Positions 60,730 through 64,000 of a stretch of DNA of 64,000 nucleotides are shown one piece after another. Source of the DNA: Tubiluchus corallicola (lineage: Eukaryota; Animalia; Priapulida); the NCBI GenBank assembly GCA_030141605.1, contig JAQGDQ010000078.1, forward strand, positions 372,001-436,000. The letters run 5' to 3'. Under the pieces are notes generated by a model. That model was not told the DNA's origin, searched no databases, and saw nothing but the letters and a program-made list of their open reading frames with translations. The position numbers were made by a program, and so were the translations under genes. How positions within the stretch are numbered: the first letter of the stretch is position 1; every line of letters starts with the position of its first letter.

Positions 60730-61669
60730 GTTTATAAATGTCTACGTCCAAATAACCAAAGAACAGTCGAGATAGTCCTCTTAAGATACCTTGAGAGGCT
60801 GGTTCAAGCTAAATGGTCAATGGTCAAACCACTTAACTGCTCCTACCCAGTTGCTATTTGGTCCCCATATGCAACTTTTCATGAAAAACTTTCTGCAAAG
60901 TAATCTGTGAACTCAAGAAAGCAGTTTGGGGTCAAAGTTCAAAGGTCAAATAACAATCAATGTGGCAGCTAGCCAATTGCGTTTAGGCTACAGTTATCAA
61001 CCGTAACAAAAATTTTCAGTACCGTTATTTGTGCGAGCACATAGACGTCGCTTTCATCGTTCATACGAATAAGCTGTTTTTCTGACAATAATCCGGCTCA
61101 AAACTGTATGAAAATTATAATAGTAGCTACAGTATGTGACGTCCTATTTAAATGTCTTTTTGGCAGCTGCGGTTTTTTCAGCTGCAAGTTAGAAGTCAGT
61201 CGCAAAAAGTTGCCAATTCGAGAGCTAAATCAATGGGGACAATTGAGGAAGAAATAGCTTTATTTCGCGCGTGCACGAAACGGATTACATAGTTGGAAGT
61301 TTATTTGTTTCTTTCCGGGGTCTGCGTGATCTGAATGCATTGCGTGAATCTAGCGGATCTTGACAGGCGCTTGACAGGAAGTTATAGCACGATTGTTGTT
61401 GCAACAATTGACTAGGACTCTGTTGTTTGAGAATTAGTTTAGCTTTTCGGGATACTCGCTTGCGATGTAGTATTATAAATAGATCTATTTCGCTGTGAAA
61501 CCGGTCTCATTCTTGTTTTCGTTGTTCATGTGATAAGTTTTTAGCCGGATTTTATGGCGTGACGTCACAATAGACTAACTTCGTGTTCTAAATTTTAACG
61601 ATAAAACGGATTCTAAATCCGTTTCAGAACAACGCTAAATGGCGTTCTAAATAACATATTCACGAAGAA

Positions 61670-61942
61670 TCTAGGTAATAAAGTCACAGCTAAAATGAAG
61701 TTACAGGTTTTCACTATCACCAATCAGTTTCGCAAGTAAAATGTAACAGGTAAAAAAGTCACAAAAAAGTCATAGCAAAAGGGTCACGGGGAAAAAATGG
61801 GAAAAAAAGAACTAACCCTAATCCTAACTCAATACCATAATCCAGACTTGAATATTTTTGGTCATAGTTGTGACAATTTCTGGCCACCATAAATTAATTG
61901 TGACCTTTTCTGTGACTTTTTCCCGAGACTTTATTACCGATC
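61670..61942. mobile_element. Non-autonomous DNA transposon with repetitive subterminal arms and a TAACCC-like core
   Basis: GGTAATAAAGTCAC left end versus GAGACTTTATTACC right end; repeated AAAAGTCAC / GTGACTTTT; central CTAACCCTAATCCTAAC. A fragment of the same end lies at ~1420-1455. Confidence 0.7.
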
Positions 61943-62639
61943 ACTTTCACGAAATATACCCATTAACAACAACAAATGACGTTCTAAACTCCATGTCCAG
62001 GCAGTTGAGCAAAAAAAGCTGAATCATTTTTAAAATGTAGAATTTTATTTATATTCCATTATATGAATACCATAAAGTGATAACAAAATTATATAATAAA
62101 ATACAAAAAAAACAAAAATCAGACATTGAGTCATCGTCTTAGCAATGTTATTTAAACAGTTGGTCATCATTAAAGAAGGCAGGAAGTCAGCAAAGACTAT
62201 CAAAAGCAGTTCAGTTCACTGTGGCCACCCTCCACTTACTGATGAATCTCGGTGTTGCTTTACTTTTGTAGCCAAGCACACACCGTGTCCTACTGCGGTG
62301 ACACGCGTTTAGATCTAACCGTTCAACTAGAGTTTTGTTAAACGTGTGTGAAGGTCGTACGGCTCTAGTTGAACTAAGCCTTCCCAATTAGTTAACAAGC
62401 ACTTTTCGCAAACGCGTATTAGTATTTCCCGATTTCGATTTGAGACTGACTTGAAAATTATCGATCCACAACTTCTTGGGCAACAAAAATAAAAATGGGA
62501 GTGTATATTTTTTGTCTAATAATGTAATAACGAATTAATGTCACCGTATCCGTAATAATACAAATTTGGACTAAAACTTGTTACTCTTTTGATTGTTACC
62601 CCGTTAATATATTATATAAAAATATTGGTCAATAAATCT

Positions 62640-62669
62640 ACTACTGCTAGTATAATGCTCCTGCTGCTG

Positions 62670-62765
<96 letters not shown>

Positions 62766-62882
62766 TTACTACTACTACTGCTACTACTACTACTACTACT
62801 TCTACTACTACCGCCACCACTACTACTACTGCCACTACCACTACAACTGTTACTTCTACTACTACTACCACTACCACTACTA
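62640..62882. repeat. (CTA)n microsatellite
   Basis: Direct reading; source of the poly-L/poly-S/poly-V ORFs. Confidence 0.98.
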
Positions 62883-64000
62883 GGTATGAAATTGTAAGTA
62901 ATTAGCAGACTGACAATGTGCATGCAGTTACAACAGAAACCTGCAGTCTTTGCAGCTATTCGCTAGAAATTCTTCAAAATAATCAAAGGATTACACTTGT
63001 AAAGTTTCAAGTACTGATATCGCTTACGGCCAATCAGCTTTTTCGTAATAAAAATGGGCGTGTCTTTACTTTCCCAAGCCAGTTGAGCATTCGCTTATAA
63101 ATTAATAAAGCCGGGCAATATCTTGCTTACCCTGGGGCAACGCTGAAGTGAAGGTAGTTGCTAAGCAGTAACCGTCATTAGGTCGAATAAAAATGAGTTT
63201 AGTGAGTAAACGCAAAGAGCGGCGTGTAAATGAAGCCAGATACGGCCTGGCGTGGCTTCTATTGATCGTACCGCGTGTGCTGTACGCGCGCTACCTACAA
63301 TGTTTGTTCGACACAGTTACGTTGTCGCGAACAATAACACCCTGAAGTGCATGCTCTTCACAATCTCATAATTACGAACAAATATCATAGGCGGATTTAG
63401 TTAGAATTATCTCTGCGGGCAACACCGAAGTTATGTGTTGCCAGGCAATGAATACAAACCCATTTGGTTTTGCGTACAATCAGATGTCTCCACTTTGGTG
63501 GTTCGTTGAATTCTCGCGCTAGCCAAGAAACGCGACTTATGTTTTTTAGAGAATCGTATGCTCCTGCTAAATTAAAGAAAACGACAAACCTTCTGGGTAG
63601 TTAGGCTTATTTCAATGTTTGCAAAAATTGTTTCAAGAATTTGGTAATGAAAGGGTGATAAGCACCTCGTGCAATTAGTAAAATCACTTTAACGTCGCAA
63701 TTATTTCATGCTTGGGCGCTCCCTTTTTTCCACCAATGACACATCATTCAACAACTGAAGAAAAGTATCCTAAAGTATACTTCTAAAGTATAGTAAGTTT
63801 TTACAAAAAATTTAATTGTCTTTTTGTCATATTTTTGCGTGAGCATATGAGTAAGCTGTAGAAACTTGAGTTAGTTCAAACAGCGTGCGCTTACGGAAAG
63901 AGACGATACGTTTACGAAAAGACACGAAATCCACCAGTTTTGTCATAAATTTCAAGTGAATGGCGGCTACCACCCCACCTGAAAATTCCAATACAGTGGT

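Noticed and set aside
61812-61830. Interstitial telomere
   Set aside because: Only ~3 degenerate TAACCC units, inside a transposon-like element.
62589-62923. Poly-Leu, poly-Ser and poly-Val ORFs
   Set aside because: Translation of (CTA)n.
63131-63142. 12-nt minus-strand microexon with strong splice sites
   Set aside because: The surrounding motif GGGCAAC.C.GAAGT...GTTGC.A.GCA recurs at ~63415-63448, suggesting repeat-derived sequence; no supporting gene model.

Overview
AT-rich animal (probably invertebrate) genomic DNA with GT-AG introns, so the supplied ORF track is mostly noise. I rebuilt three complete, frame-consistent gene models by hand. (1) A + strand type-I membrane protein with signal peptide, two divergent SRCR domains, a TM helix, a 24-nt microexon and a short Tyr-containing tail (CDS 3949-14276, 342 aa). 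(2) A convergent - strand type-I membrane protein with one LDL-receptor class A repeat and a long Ser/Pro/Arg-rich tail (CDS 22651-26907, 275 aa); two uORFs overlap its start and there is a possible stop-containing alternative exon. (3) TMEM184C on + (CDS 30985-40529, 446 aa), head-to-head with gene 2 across a region holding a perfect NRF1-type palindrome. The rest is decayed LINEs (CR1/L2, RTE-like), tRNA-derived SINEs, non-autonomous DNA transposons (several hAT MITEs with 8-bp TSDs; Tigger-, Harbinger- and Kolobok-like elements), a 72-bp minisatellite and microsatellites. The last ~20 kb has no confident gene, looks CpG-richer and holds only weak exon candidates. I found no CRISPR array, rRNA or intact tRNA, and no clearly novel multi-gene system. 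The best leads are the two unassigned receptors with their splicing/translation features and a CpG-decay contrast between repeat copies. Everything was read by eye; repeat boundaries are approximate and no database search was run.
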